In this document: one piece after another, positions 38,142-48,469 of the stretch
Numbering within the stretch: position 1 is the stretch's first letter
Layout of the letters: each line of letters opens with the position of its first letter
Source of the DNA: Phycisphaeraceae bacterium
GTDB taxonomy: Bacteria > Planctomycetota > Phycisphaerae > Phycisphaerales > Zrk34
Length of the DNA: 64,000 nucleotides
Reading direction: 5' to 3'
NCBI GenBank assembly: GCA_040905565.1
Contig: JBBDRF010000087.1
Location: 1-64,000 of the forward strand
Position numbers and translations under genes: made by a program
Notes under the pieces: model-generated
The model's input: the letters and a program-made list of their open reading frames with translations, nothing else
Told to the model about the DNA's origin: nothing
Database searches by the model: none

Positions 38142-38972
38142 GTGGAAACGATTCGTGAAATCCCGGGCGAAGCGTGGCAGGTGGTTTCGGCGAAGTTTAC
38201 GGGGCATCTGCTGGAGTACCTGCTGATCGCGGGCGGGGCGTATGTGATCTTTTACATCCTGCTGCGACGGCGGCTGAGCGGGCGGAAGATTCAGCCCGCG
38301 TTTCCGAAGCTGCCACAGATGCGGCGGGAGGTGCTGTTCAGCCTGCTTTCGTTCGTGGTGTTCGGATTCTCGGCCTTGCTGACGGTGATGTTGCAGCGGG
38401 CGGGCTGGGGGCAGATCTACGTCGGCATCGACAGCCTGGGGTGGGGCTATTTTGTTTTTTCGGTGGCGGCGATCATTCTGATTCACGACACGTGGTTTTA
38501 CTGGACGCATCGGCTGCTGCACTGGCGCCCGCTGTTTCGCGTGGTGCATCGGGTGCATCATTTGAGTCACAACCCGACGCCCTGGGCTTCGTTTTCGTTT
38601 CATCCGCTGGAGGCGGCGAGCCATGCGATCATGTTTCCGTTGGTGGCGGTGGTGCTGCCGATGCACGTTTCGGTGGTGGGCATCTGGCTGCTTTACATGA
38701 CGGTGATGAATGTGGGCGGGCACCTGGGCTTTGAGATTCTGCCGCGTGGTTTCGCCCGGCATCGACTGCTGGGCTGGCACAATACGTCAGTGCATCACGA
38801 CATGCACCATCACCGGGTGCACTGCAATTTCGGGCTTTATTTCAATGTATGGGATCGGCTGATGGGGACCAATCACCCGGACTATCTTGCAGAGCACGAT
38901 CGCATCACGGCGGGGTCGGCGGCTGATTCGGTTGAGCCGACGGGGGGCGCGGAGCCGGAGAAGGTCGGGTGA
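38142..38972 (+). CDS. Sterol desaturase/fatty acid hydroxylase family protein
   Basis: His boxes HRLLH, HRVHH, HHDMHH; DTWFYW; NFGLYFNVWDRLMGT. Confidence 0.9.
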   Translation: METIREIPGEAWQVVSAKFTGHLLEYLLIAGGAYVIFYILLRRRLSGRKIQPAFPKLPQMRREVLFSLLSFVVFGFSALLTVMLQRAGWGQIYVGIDSLGWGYFVFSVAAIILIHDTWFYWTHRLLHWRPLFRVVHRVHHLSHNPTPWASFSFHPLEAASHAIMFPLVAVVLPMHVSVVGIWLLYMTVMNVGGHLGFEILPRGFARHRLLGWHNTSVHHDMHHHRVHCNFGLYFNVWDRLMGTNHPDYLAEHDRITAGSAADSVEPTGGAEPEKVG

Positions 38973-40298
38973 TCACGGCGTTGATTTGACGCCGAGGCCG
39001 TAGAGGTGGGTGCGGGTGCGCAGGAAGATTTGACTGCGGTCGAAGGTGGGGGTGGCGGTGACGGTGTCGCCTTCGATGAGCGTGTTCGTGCGCAGCTGAT
39101 CGAATTGCGGAGCGGCCCGGAGAACGTGCGTGACACCGTCGTGATCGGTCAGGTACAGACGCCCCTCGGCGGCGAGAAGTGAGCTTGCGATGCGGCTGGT
39201 CATCTTGCGACGCCAGACGACTTCGCCGGTGTCGACGACGATGCACGCGAGGTTGCCGTCGGCGTCGGGGAGGTACAGATGCTCCCCGGCGATGAGGCCG
39301 GCCGGGCCGTACGGCGTGTCGCTGGAGGGCCGATGCCAGAGACGTGCGGTATCGGTGACGTTGCCACTTTGCGTGGTGGGCAGCTGCATGGCGAGGACGG
39401 AGCCATCGCGCGAGGCGGCGACGAGGCGGTCGCCTTGGATCATCGGCGCGGTGGCGACGGCGGGGCCGAGGCCGGTGCAGTACCAGTACGCACGGCCGGT
39501 CGTCGGGTTGAACGAAGCGACCTGATACGGCATGGCCACGATGATCTCGTCGCCTGTCGCCGAACGGCGCAGCACGGCCTTGCCCGGCCCCCCCACCTGC
39601 TCGGTGTCCGCGTCGGCGGGGAGTGGGGGGGTTGGTGGGTGGTGGGGGGCGGTGGTGCGCCAGACGGTTTGGCCGGTTTGTTTGTGGAGGGCGATGAGGC
39701 TGGTTTGGCCGTGGGGGATGATGAGCAGATCGTCGACGATCAACGGCGTGCCGAGCGCGGGCGGGGCAGCGTTTTGTTCAGCGGGCTGATTGCTGCGGTG
39801 CCAGCGGAGCTCGCCTGTTTCGAGGGCGAGGGCGACGATGCCGACGGATGGCAGGGTGACGTAGACGGTGTCGCCCTGCACGGTCGGCGTGGTCGTGGGA
39901 GCGGGGAAGCCATCGCGTGCCTGATCGGTATCGGTGGTGGGGGCCGGGGGGGTGTAGCGCCAACGGAGGGAGCCGTCGGAGCGTGCGAGGCAGAGGATGG
40001 CGTATTCGGCGCGGTCGCTGCTGAGCGCGGTGACGATGACGGCATCATCGGTGACGGCGGGGGAGCTGTGGGCGTGTCCGCTGAGGCGAACGCGCCACGT
40101 GACGTGCTGCTCGGTGGACCACGTGACGGGGTAGCCGGTGCCTTGGGCGATGGCGCTACCGGTGCTGGGGCGCTCGGGTGTTTCGGCGTGGGCGATTGAT
40201 GGAAGCGTCAACGGCAGGAGCAGGCAGGCGAGCGACGCGAAGCGGCGGACGGCGCGCATGATGAGCGGGTATTGAGGATGGCTCACTGGGCGGTTCAT
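38973..40298 (-). CDS. PQQ-binding-like beta-propeller protein
   Basis: Signal peptide; HSSPAV, TGELRW, TGEVVW repeats. Confidence 0.82.
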   Translation of the reverse strand: MNRPVSHPQYPLIMRAVRRFASLACLLLPLTLPSIAHAETPERPSTGSAIAQGTGYPVTWSTEQHVTWRVRLSGHAHSSPAVTDDAVIVTALSSDRAEYAILCLARSDGSLRWRYTPPAPTTDTDQARDGFPAPTTTPTVQGDTVYVTLPSVGIVALALETGELRWHRSNQPAEQNAAPPALGTPLIVDDLLIIPHGQTSLIALHKQTGQTVWRTTAPHHPPTPPLPADADTEQVGGPGKAVLRRSATGDEIIVAMPYQVASFNPTTGRAYWYCTGLGPAVATAPMIQGDRLVAASRDGSVLAMQLPTTQSGNVTDTARLWHRPSSDTPYGPAGLIAGEHLYLPDADGNLACIVVDTGEVVWRRKMTSRIASSLLAAEGRLYLTDHDGVTHVLRAAPQFDQLRTNTLIEGDTVTATPTFDRSQIFLRTRTHLYGLGVKSTP

Positions 40299-41623
40299 TC
40301 GTCGACGTTGCGATCGGCGACGGCGGGGACGGGGAGCGTGTCGTTACGGCAGTTTTGGAGCGCGATGAGCGCCATCGCCGTGCCGTAGGGCTGGTGATAA
40401 TCGTAGAGGGGGTAGTCCCACCAGGAGCCGTCGTCTTCCTGCAGGGCGATGAGCGTCTGGCTCATGTGGTCGCTGTAGAACGGCTTGAGCTCGGGGGGCA
40501 GGTCGCCGATGAGGTAGCCGGCGTAGAGGTGGCCGTAATAGTAAAAGTAGCCTGCGACGGCGTACCACGACTCATGCGGGACCGGGCGCTTGCGGCCGAT
40601 GCTCAGCCATCCGTTGCGAGCGAAAAGACGGTCGAGCCACTCGACGACCATGGCCTCGGTGATGAGTTCATCTTCGCCCCACATGCGGAGGGCGACGTTG
40701 GCGACCTGGGTCCGGCCGAGGCTGCCGGCGGGGCGGTTGATCTCACGGCCGCGATAGTTCTGGAAATTGCTGGAGTAGGTGTAGGTGTTGTCGGGGTTGC
40801 GCTGCCTGAGCAGGGCGGCGATGCCGCGATCGACCATGTCTTCGGGGACGGCGACGCCGGCCTGCTGCGCTTCGCGAAGGGCGATCAGCACGGTGGCGGT
40901 GGTGAAGCTGGTCGAGTTGCCCGAGGGCCGCTGCGTCTGGGCATTGAAGTCGTAATAGCCCCAGCCGCCGATGAGATATTCGTAGCGGGCGAGGCGATCG
41001 ATCTGGTTTTCGATGAGCGCGACGAGTGCTTCGCGGCGCTCGGGAGTTTGCTCGCCCCAGTTGAGGAGGCGAACGGCGGCCTGGATGCCGTAGGCGTGGG
41101 CCCAGTTATTGTAGATGGCGCGACCGTCGGCCCGGCGGACCTTCGGGAGTTCTTCGAGGAGCCATTGTTCAGCGCGGTTGAGTGCCGCGATGACCTGTGG
41201 ATCTTCCGGGGCGGTATCGACGAGTGCGGCGATGCACAGGGCGGTGGTCGCGCCGCGGAATGCGTCGTGGCCGCCCGGCACGGGGGCATAGATGTTCAGG
41301 CTCTTGGTGCGGGTGGGGCTGCCCCACGAGCCGTTCTCGTTCTGATAGCCGACGAGGAAGGTGATGCCCCTTCGCATGGCCGCATCGAGGTCGGAGGGGC
41401 TTGCGTCCGTGGCGGGCGCAATGGCGGGGCGGACGGTCTCGCGCGCGGCGATACCGTCGCTGCTCGCAGGCGCATCCGAGGCGGCAAGTTGACCTTCAGA
41501 GACGCTGGTGTCTTCGAAGCTCATCCCGACGCCGGCGCGGCAGGCGCCGAGCGTGAGGACGCTGAGCGCAAGGATGAACGTGAGAGAGAATCTGCACATG
41601 ACGATCGCCTTTCGGTCGCTCAT
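40295..41623 (-). CDS. Prenyltransferase/squalene-oxidase-repeat lipoprotein
   Basis: Lipobox LGAC; QNENGSW, GGWGYY, QEDDGSW repeats. Confidence 0.75.
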   Translation of the reverse strand: MSDRKAIVMCRFSLTFILALSVLTLGACRAGVGMSFEDTSVSEGQLAASDAPASSDGIAARETVRPAIAPATDASPSDLDAAMRRGITFLVGYQNENGSWGSPTRTKSLNIYAPVPGGHDAFRGATTALCIAALVDTAPEDPQVIAALNRAEQWLLEELPKVRRADGRAIYNNWAHAYGIQAAVRLLNWGEQTPERREALVALIENQIDRLARYEYLIGGWGYYDFNAQTQRPSGNSTSFTTATVLIALREAQQAGVAVPEDMVDRGIAALLRQRNPDNTYTYSSNFQNYRGREINRPAGSLGRTQVANVALRMWGEDELITEAMVVEWLDRLFARNGWLSIGRKRPVPHESWYAVAGYFYYYGHLYAGYLIGDLPPELKPFYSDHMSQTLIALQEDDGSWWDYPLYDYHQPYGTAMALIALQNCRNDTLPVPAVADRNVDE

Positions 41624-43119
41624 TTGAGCTTGATCTGGTCGCCGGCTTCGAGGCCATCGACGATCTCGACGTGGCTGTCGTTACGCCAGCCGAGTGCGAC
41701 ACTGCGACGTTCGGTCTGCTCACCCTCACCGACGCGCGCCATCACGTACGCGCTGCCGTCGGCGGCATGCTTCACGGCCGAGAGCGGCACGGTCAGCGCG
41801 GCGTCGGCTTCGTAGGCGGTGAGGTGCACCTTCGCGTTCATCCCGGGGCGAAGGTAGGCGGGCGCAGCGGCATCATCGCCGGCGACGATGACCGCATCGT
41901 ACGTGGCGCCGCTGATGTGGTTCAGCTGATCGACCTTCGCAGCGACGGTGCTGCTGGGGAATGCGGTGGGTGTGAAGTAGCCGGTGAGCGCGTCGGCCTC
42001 AACGAAACGGTAGAGCACATTCTCGGGAACGTTCACACGGACGCGCAGCGCGTTGGGATCGACGATGGTGAGGATGGTAACGTTGGTCTTGAACGAGCCC
42101 TGATCATCGATGGTTCGGGCGACGGCCTCGGCGTCGGACCAGCGGCCGCGATTGACGTTGCCGTAGTAGACCACGCCGTCGGCCGGGGCGGTCACGGTGA
42201 ACTGCTCAAGATCGTGGCGAAGATCTTCAAGCGTCTCGGCGGCTTCGGCGCGATCGGTCACGCGCTTCTCCAGCGCGAACCGCTTCTGCTGAAGCTCGTG
42301 CGGGGCGACTTCGGTGGCGCGCTCAAGAGCGGCACGCGTCCGCTTCAGCCTTTCCTGCATGTCGACCTCGCGGCGGGGCAGTTCAATCGCCAGCGATTTT
42401 TCGTAGTCGTTCTCGGCACGCTTGAGGGAGAACTCGGCCACTTCCACCGCATGCTTCTGACGGCGGAGGACGATCTCTTCGCTATCCTCGGTCAGATCCT
42501 CATCACGGTACATGCGCTCAAGCTGGGTCAGCTCTTCGCGCGCGTTGTCCAGCCGTTGCTGGGCGACGGCGAGCGACACATCCGTGCCTTCACGGTCCAA
42601 AGGCAGTTCGATTTCACGCCAGCGCTCAAAATCGGCCTCGGCGCGGGCGTGGTTACGCTCGGCGGCGGCGAGGTTGAGCTCGAAGGCTTCCTCCTCCAGC
42701 TTCAGATCGTTACGCGCCTGCTCGATGGCAGCGTCGGTCGTGGCGAGCGAGAGTTCCGCAGCTGCGATTTGCCGCTCGATCGCTTCGGTGTCGAACTTCA
42801 GCAGCGTGTCGCCCTGGGCGACGGTCGCGCCCTGTGCGACGCCTTCGATCACCTCTACCGAGCCGGTATGGGCTTCGAGGTCGACGCTGACGGGCCAGGC
42901 GTTTTCGGATTCGACGACGCCGTCGAGCGTGACGTCGACTTTGAACTCTCCCGCTTGGAGGGTGTGCCAGTCGCTTTCGGTGTCCGCAGAGGCTTCCTGA
43001 GCGAGCGCCGGCGCGATGCCGCCGAGGCTGAGCGTGAGGGCGAAGGCAACGGCTGGGAACAAACAGCGGGAGGGGCGAATCATCCGGCGTCCTTTCAAGG
43101 AATCACTATTGCAGGTCAC
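41620..43119 (-). CDS. HlyD/RND-type periplasmic adaptor with long coiled coil
   Basis: GATVAQGDTLL, TAPADGVVYY, LRPGM, ALTVPLSAV, VEIVDGLEAGD. Confidence 0.82.
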   Translation of the reverse strand: MTCNSDSLKGRRMIRPSRCLFPAVAFALTLSLGGIAPALAQEASADTESDWHTLQAGEFKVDVTLDGVVESENAWPVSVDLEAHTGSVEVIEGVAQGATVAQGDTLLKFDTEAIERQIAAAELSLATTDAAIEQARNDLKLEEEAFELNLAAAERNHARAEADFERWREIELPLDREGTDVSLAVAQQRLDNAREELTQLERMYRDEDLTEDSEEIVLRRQKHAVEVAEFSLKRAENDYEKSLAIELPRREVDMQERLKRTRAALERATEVAPHELQQKRFALEKRVTDRAEAAETLEDLRHDLEQFTVTAPADGVVYYGNVNRGRWSDAEAVARTIDDQGSFKTNVTILTIVDPNALRVRVNVPENVLYRFVEADALTGYFTPTAFPSSTVAAKVDQLNHISGATYDAVIVAGDDAAAPAYLRPGMNAKVHLTAYEADAALTVPLSAVKHAADGSAYVMARVGEGEQTERRSVALGWRNDSHVEIVDGLEAGDQIKLK

Positions 43120-43199
43120 GGGGGAGAAGTATCGTTATGAGGTCGATGCTCAAAGTCAACGCACGCGTGGGGTCTGCGATTGCCGACGTGGTGGGCGAA

Positions 43200-44366
43200 T
43201 TAGCCGACGGGCATCGAGGTTTTCAGTTTCTCTACCACTTCGGGCACGACGCGGAGGGCGTGGTCGATTTCCGCATCGGTCGTGTAGCGGCAGAGCGACA
43301 GCCTGACCGAGCCGTGCGCCACGGGGGCGGGCACGCCCATCGCCAGCAGCACCGGCGAAGGTTCAAGCGACCCGCTGGAGCAGGCCGCCCCGGCCGCGGC
43401 ACTGACGCCTTTTTCGCTGAGCAGGATCAGCAGCGCTTCACTTTCGAGCGGCGGGAAGCCGATGTTGCTCGTGTTCCACAGACGCGGCGCATTGACGGAG
43501 TTGACCACCGCATCGGGGACGGCTTTGAGGATGCCCTGCTCGAGACGGTCGCGCTGCGCTTCGCCTTGCTGGGGCCCGTCGGTCTGGAGGAACTGGTGGG
43601 CGAGTTCGGCGGCGACGCCCATGCCGACGATGCCGGGCGTGTTCTCCGTACCGCCTCGGCGTTCGCGTTCGTGCGGGCCGCCTAGCATCTGCGGGATCAT
43701 TCGTGTTCGTGACCGCAGCCATAAGCCGCCGACGCCCTTGGGGCCGTGGAACTTGTGGGCGGAGAAGGAAACGGCATCGACGGGCAGCTCTTTGAGATCG
43801 CAATGGATCTTGCCGACCGCCTGCGTGGCGTCGCTGAACAGCGGGACCCGGCGTTCGCGGCAGAGCGTGCCGATGCGCTCGATGGGCTGAATGGCGCCGG
43901 TTTCGTTGTTGATCCAGTGAACGGCGACGAAGGCGATATCGTCGGCGTGCTCTTCCATCGCTGCGGCGAAGGGATCCCACTCTACGAGCCCGTCGATATC
44001 GACCGGCAGGTAGATGACGTTGTAGCCTTCTTCGCTGAGCCGGGCGGCGGGTTCGCGCACCGCTGAGTGCTCCAGCCGCGTCGTCAGGATGGTGCGACGG
44101 GGGGCGCGGGCGGCGAGCATGCCACGCAGCACGGTGTTGTTCGACTCGGTCGCACCGCTGGTGAAGACCAGTTCGCTGGGCGAGCAGTTCAGCAGTTGCC
44201 CCATCTTTTCGCGGGCCAGATCGATCTGCCGGCGCGCCTGCTGTCCGAAGCGATGAATGCTCGAAGGGTTCGCCCAGTCTTCCCGCAACGCCTGCGCGAC
44301 AGCCTCGACAACTTCGGGGGCCGGCTGGGTGGTCGCGTTGTTATCAAGGTAAGCGTGCATCGCCAT
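43200..44366 (-). CDS. iscS: Cysteine desulfurase (IscS/NifS family)
   Basis: YLDNNATT, ANPSSIH, FTSGATE, SAHKFHGPKG, GAACSSG. Confidence 0.92.
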   Translation of the reverse strand: MAMHAYLDNNATTQPAPEVVEAVAQALREDWANPSSIHRFGQQARRQIDLAREKMGQLLNCSPSELVFTSGATESNNTVLRGMLAARAPRRTILTTRLEHSAVREPAARLSEEGYNVIYLPVDIDGLVEWDPFAAAMEEHADDIAFVAVHWINNETGAIQPIERIGTLCRERRVPLFSDATQAVGKIHCDLKELPVDAVSFSAHKFHGPKGVGGLWLRSRTRMIPQMLGGPHERERRGGTENTPGIVGMGVAAELAHQFLQTDGPQQGEAQRDRLEQGILKAVPDAVVNSVNAPRLWNTSNIGFPPLESEALLILLSEKGVSAAAGAACSSGSLEPSPVLLAMGVPAPVAHGSVRLSLCRYTTDAEIDHALRVVPEVVEKLKTSMPVG

Positions 44367-44537
44367 ATTGTAACCGTCCGAACAGGGAAGGGCGTAAGCC
44401 GGGGCTTTAGAAGATTGATTGTAAATTGGCCCCCGACCGGTCGCCACCTGCCATGCGCTTCTTGGTCCTCCTTCGCAGAGGAACTTATATCGATTTAAGG
44501 TCGGCCGGCGGTCGCGCGCGGTGGTGGGGGTGGGGGG

Positions 44538-45770
44538 TCAGGTGTGGTAGTCGGCGTTGATGGTGATGTACTCGCGGCTGAGGTCGCAGCCGAGCATTTC
44601 GCAGCGGGCGGAGCCGAGGCCGACGTCGAAGCGGATGACGACTTCGTCGCGCTGCATCGCCTGCTCCAGTTGCCGCTGCTTGCGCCCGACGCCGACGGGC
44701 TGGCCGGCCCGGTAGACCTCGTGACGGCCGATGAAGACCGAAAGCTTCTCGGGCCGAATCGCCGCCCCGCATTTGCCGGCCGCGGTGGTCAGCCGACCCC
44801 AGTTCGGATCGCCCCCGTGCACCGCCGTTTTCACCAGCGGCGAATCCACGGTCGCCCGCGCGATCCGCTCAGCATCACGGGCGGACTTCGCATTCTCCAC
44901 AATCACACGAATCACATGCGTCGCGCCTTCGCCATCGTGCACCACCCGGTAAGCAAGATCACGGCAAACTTCGGTCAGGGCGGTGACGAAGGCTTGGTAG
45001 TCGTCGTTGGCCTGCTTGATGGGCGGGTTCCCGGCCCCGCCGCTGGCGAGGATGGCGACGGTGTCGGAGGGGCTGGTATCGGTGTCGACGCTGATGCGGT
45101 TGAACGAGGCGTCGGCGTTGACCGCCTGCTTGAGCGCTGCTCGCAAGAGCGGGGCGGAGATGTCGGCGTCGGTGGTGAGGAAGCCGAGCATCGTGGCCAT
45201 GTTCGGGGCGATCATGCCTGAGCCCTTGGCGATGCCGGCGATGGTGACGCGTTTGCCGGCGAGTGTGACACGCTTCACCGCAGCCTTCGGCACCAGGTCC
45301 GTCGTCATGATGGCGCGGGCGGCGGCGAGGTCGGCCTCGCTGCCACGCGCCAGCTCGCCGGCCAGTTTCGTGATGCCCGGGGTGATGCAATCCATCGGCA
45401 ACTGCTGACCGATGATGCCCGTACTGGCGACGAGCACCTCGTGCGGCTTGCATCCAATCTGCTCCGCCACGGCTTCGCACATCGTGCGCGCGTTGGCGAT
45501 GCCCTGACTGCCGGTGCTGGCGTTGGCGCAGCCGGAGTTGCAGATGATCGCGCGGAAGCTAGCGGAGCGTTTGAGATGTTCGCGATCCACCTGCACCGGC
45601 TCGGAGGGGATCTGGTTGGTGGTAAAGACCGCCGTGGCGCGGCAAGGTCCCTCGCCGACGAGCAGCATCAGGTCGGGCTTTTTTGATTGCTTGATGCCGA
45701 CATGCGCGGAGGCAGCGGCGAAGCCTTTGGGGGCGGTCAGGCTGTTATTGGGCAGGGGGAGTGGTTTCAT
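44538..45770 (-). CDS. argJ: Glutamate N-acetyltransferase ArgJ
   Basis: KGSGMIAPNMATML, DTSPSD, DGEGATH, DPNWGR, INADYHT. Confidence 0.95.
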   Translation of the reverse strand: MKPLPLPNNSLTAPKGFAAASAHVGIKQSKKPDLMLLVGEGPCRATAVFTTNQIPSEPVQVDREHLKRSASFRAIICNSGCANASTGSQGIANARTMCEAVAEQIGCKPHEVLVASTGIIGQQLPMDCITPGITKLAGELARGSEADLAAARAIMTTDLVPKAAVKRVTLAGKRVTIAGIAKGSGMIAPNMATMLGFLTTDADISAPLLRAALKQAVNADASFNRISVDTDTSPSDTVAILASGGAGNPPIKQANDDYQAFVTALTEVCRDLAYRVVHDGEGATHVIRVIVENAKSARDAERIARATVDSPLVKTAVHGGDPNWGRLTTAAGKCGAAIRPEKLSVFIGRHEVYRAGQPVGVGRKQRQLEQAMQRDEVVIRFDVGLGSARCEMLGCDLSREYITINADYHT

Positions 45771-45890
45771 CAACGGGATGATAAACGATCCCACAGCGTC
45801 ACGCCGTGGGCTTTGAGCGCAACGAGAGCCGGGCTGTTGGCCAGCCCGGCGAGTCTCGTTTGCGCCAGTGTTGCCCGCCTGATCGCAGTG

Positions 45891-46076
45891 CTAGTCGAAC
45901 ATCGCGTCGTCGTCTTCCCACCGGGTTTGTTCAGCCGTGTTCTCGACGGCACCGCCGATTCCCTGAAGGTCACGGCCCATACCTTCGGTTGTATTGCAGC
46001 CGGCGAACGTCACGCCCGTGATGGCCATCGCAGCGACGACCAGCGCCGCTTTCCAATATTTCAAAATCGCATCCAT
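45891..46076 (-). CDS. Entericidin EcnA/B family lipoprotein
   Basis: FAGCNTTEGMGRDLQGIGGAV. Confidence 0.88.
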   Translation of the reverse strand: MDAILKYWKAALVVAAMAITGVTFAGCNTTEGMGRDLQGIGGAVENTAEQTRWEDDDAMFD

Positions 46077-46201
46077 CAGCCTCTCCTCCTCTGTTTTAGT
46101 AACGCAACACCGGAAGCCTATGTGGCGTTGCCGTCGCTTTGCGAGCGGGGCGCTGCCCTGCGATTTGATCGGGGCAGCGCTGAGGGGATGCGGGCGGGCG
46201 A

Positions 46202-46378
46202 TTAGTCATAGCGGCGGTCGGGGTTTGTTTCCTGCGCACCCTCTTCGACACCTTCACCGACCGCCTGGACATCGCGGCCGACGCCCTCGGTGGTGTTGCA
46301 AGCGGTCATGCCGATGCCGGTGACGGCAAGGGCGACGGTCAGCAAGGCGGTTTTCCAATACGCGAGAACGGTTTTCAT
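46202..46378 (-). CDS. Entericidin EcnA/B family lipoprotein (58 aa, absent from the ORF track)
   Basis: Manual translation MKTVLAYWKTALLTVALAVTGIGMTACNTTEGVGRDVQAVGEGVEEGAQETNPDRRYD; RBS GAAGGGA. Confidence 0.88.
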   Translation of the reverse strand: MKTVLAYWKTALLTVALAVTGIGMTACNTTEGVGRDVQAVGEGVEEGAQETNPDRRYD

Positions 46379-46514
46379 CGATCTTTCCCTTCGGATAATC
46401 GCTGCGTGAGTGAATCCGTTGGCACCTTATGGAGGTGCGCACGCGAAACCAACGGGGCGACCTACGCCGGGCACACCGGGGAGGGAACCGGGCCACGCCA
46501 CATCGCTGAGCTGA

Positions 46515-48347
46515 TCACGAGGATTGGTTGGGCGAGGCGGCGTTGAGCACTTCGAGGAACGCGGGGCCGAACTTTTCGAGCTTGCGTCGGCCGACGCCGT
46601 TGATGTTCGCCAGCATCTCTTCGGTGGTGGGGCGGTGGCGCGCCATCTCGATCAGCGTCGCGTCGTGGAAGATCATGTAGGGCGGCAGGTCGTGCTCACG
46701 CGCCAGCGATCGGCGTTTTTCGCGGAGGGCGTCGAAGAGCTCGAGATGCTGCGGATCGGTCAGCTGCGTCTTCGCTTTGTCACTTGAGCCGGTGCGCTGG
46801 CTCTTCGCAGGCTTAGGATCCTTGCGGAAGTTCACCTTCTCGTCGCCCTTGAGGACGGGGGCTGCTTCCTGCGTCAGTCGAAGCGAGCCGTGGTCCAGAT
46901 CGACCGCCAGGTGACCGGCTGCGACGAGCTGGCGAAATACCGAAAGCCATTGCGGACGTTTGAATTCGGTGCCGATGCCGAACGTGCTGAGCTGGTCGTG
47001 GCCCTGGCGTTCGATGCGATCGTCGCTGGTGCCCAGCAGCACGTCGGCAAGGTAGCCAGCTCCATAAACCTGCCCGGTGCGGTAGACACAGGAGAGTGCT
47101 TTCTGGGCGGCGACGGTGCCGTCGAAGCTTTCGACCGGATGCAGGCACGTGTCGCAGTTGTTGCAGGGCTCGTGGTCGTCGCCGAAGTAGGCGAGGAGGA
47201 CCTGGCGTCGGCAGCGGGTGGTTTCGCAGTAGCCGAGCAGGTCGTTGAGTTTGAGATGTTCCAGGCGTTTTTGCTGTTCGTTCGCTTCGCTGCGTTGCAT
47301 GAGCTGACGGAGCTTGATGGCGTCGGCGTAGCCGTAGGTCATCCAGGCGTCGGCGGGGAGGCCGTCGCGGCCGGCGCGGCCGGTCTCCTGGTAGTACGCT
47401 TCAATGGAGCGCGGCACATCGAGGTGGGCGACGAAGCGGACGTCGGGTTTGTCGATGCCCATGCCGAACGCGATCGTGGCGACGATCACCAGCCCCTCTT
47501 CGTGCAGGAATCGGCGTTGGGTTTCGTTGCGGACCGACGCATCGAGCCCCGCGTGATACGGCATCGCATTAAGCCCAGCATCGGCGAGGTATTCCGCCGT
47601 GCGTTCGACGCCGTTGCGTGACATGCAGTAGACGATGCCGCTGTCGCCGTAGTGCTCGCGCTTGATGAAATCGAGCAGCTGCTTTCGGCCGTTGTTCTTG
47701 GCGACGACGGTGTAGCGGATGTTGGGTCGATCGAACCCGCCGATGAAAAGGTCGTCGCGGGCGAGGCCGAGGTTGTCGAGAATGTCCAGCCGGGTGCGCT
47801 GGTCGGCGGTGGCGGTCAGGGCGATGCGAGGGACGTCGGGGAAGCGGTCGGCGAGGAAGGCGAGCTGCTGATATTCCGGGCGGAAATCGTGGCCCCACTG
47901 TGAGACGCAGTGCGCTTCGTCGATGGCGAAGAGGGCGACGTTGGTGCGCGAGAGCAGATCGAGGAAGCGGGGCGTGACGAGGCGTTCGGGGGCGACGTAG
48001 ACGAGCTTGAGCCGGCCGTCGACCATCGCCTGCTCAGCGTCGCGAGCGTCGGCCATGCTGAGCGAGGAGTTGATGTAGGCCGCTTCGACCCCGAGCTGCC
48101 GCAGGGCGCGGACCTGATCGTGCATGAGCGCGATGAGGGGCGAGACGACGATGCCGACGCCTTCGTGGATGAGGGCCGGCACCTGGTAGCAGAGGCTCTT
48201 GCCGCCGCCGGTCGGCATGAGCACCAGCGCGTTGCGCCCCGCTGCGACGCGGTCGATCACCTGCTGCTGCAGTGGACGGAACGCGTCGTACCCGAAGACA
48301 CGACGAAGAATCTCCAGCGATTTGGATTCAGGGTGAGCGACGCTCAT
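46515..48347 (-). CDS. recQ: ATP-dependent DNA helicase RecQ
   Basis: [42 protein letters not shown] and HRDC domains. Confidence 0.97.
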   Translation of the reverse strand: MSVAHPESKSLEILRRVFGYDAFRPLQQQVIDRVAAGRNALVLMPTGGGKSLCYQVPALIHEGVGIVVSPLIALMHDQVRALRQLGVEAAYINSSLSMADARDAEQAMVDGRLKLVYVAPERLVTPRFLDLLSRTNVALFAIDEAHCVSQWGHDFRPEYQQLAFLADRFPDVPRIALTATADQRTRLDILDNLGLARDDLFIGGFDRPNIRYTVVAKNNGRKQLLDFIKREHYGDSGIVYCMSRNGVERTAEYLADAGLNAMPYHAGLDASVRNETQRRFLHEEGLVIVATIAFGMGIDKPDVRFVAHLDVPRSIEAYYQETGRAGRDGLPADAWMTYGYADAIKLRQLMQRSEANEQQKRLEHLKLNDLLGYCETTRCRRQVLLAYFGDDHEPCNNCDTCLHPVESFDGTVAAQKALSCVYRTGQVYGAGYLADVLLGTSDDRIERQGHDQLSTFGIGTEFKRPQWLSVFRQLVAAGHLAVDLDHGSLRLTQEAAPVLKGDEKVNFRKDPKPAKSQRTGSSDKAKTQLTDPQHLELFDALREKRRSLAREHDLPPYMIFHDATLIEMARHRPTTEEMLANINGVGRRKLEKFGPAFLEVLNAASPNQSS

Positions 48348-48469
48348 TGTCGCGGATTATAGGGGATGGGCGGGGGAATGTGGGGGGATGTGTGATTTGT
48401 GATCTGTGAGGTATGAAGTGAAATGCCGAATTGCTTGAAGGTGGGGGGGGGTCGGGTATGATCCCGCTC

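Noticed and set aside
38142..41623. Sterol/hopanoid biosynthesis cluster (desaturase plus squalene-cyclase-like repeats)
   Set aside because: The genes are convergent, not operonic; the repeat protein is a short lipoprotein lacking DxDD/DCTAE cyclase motifs
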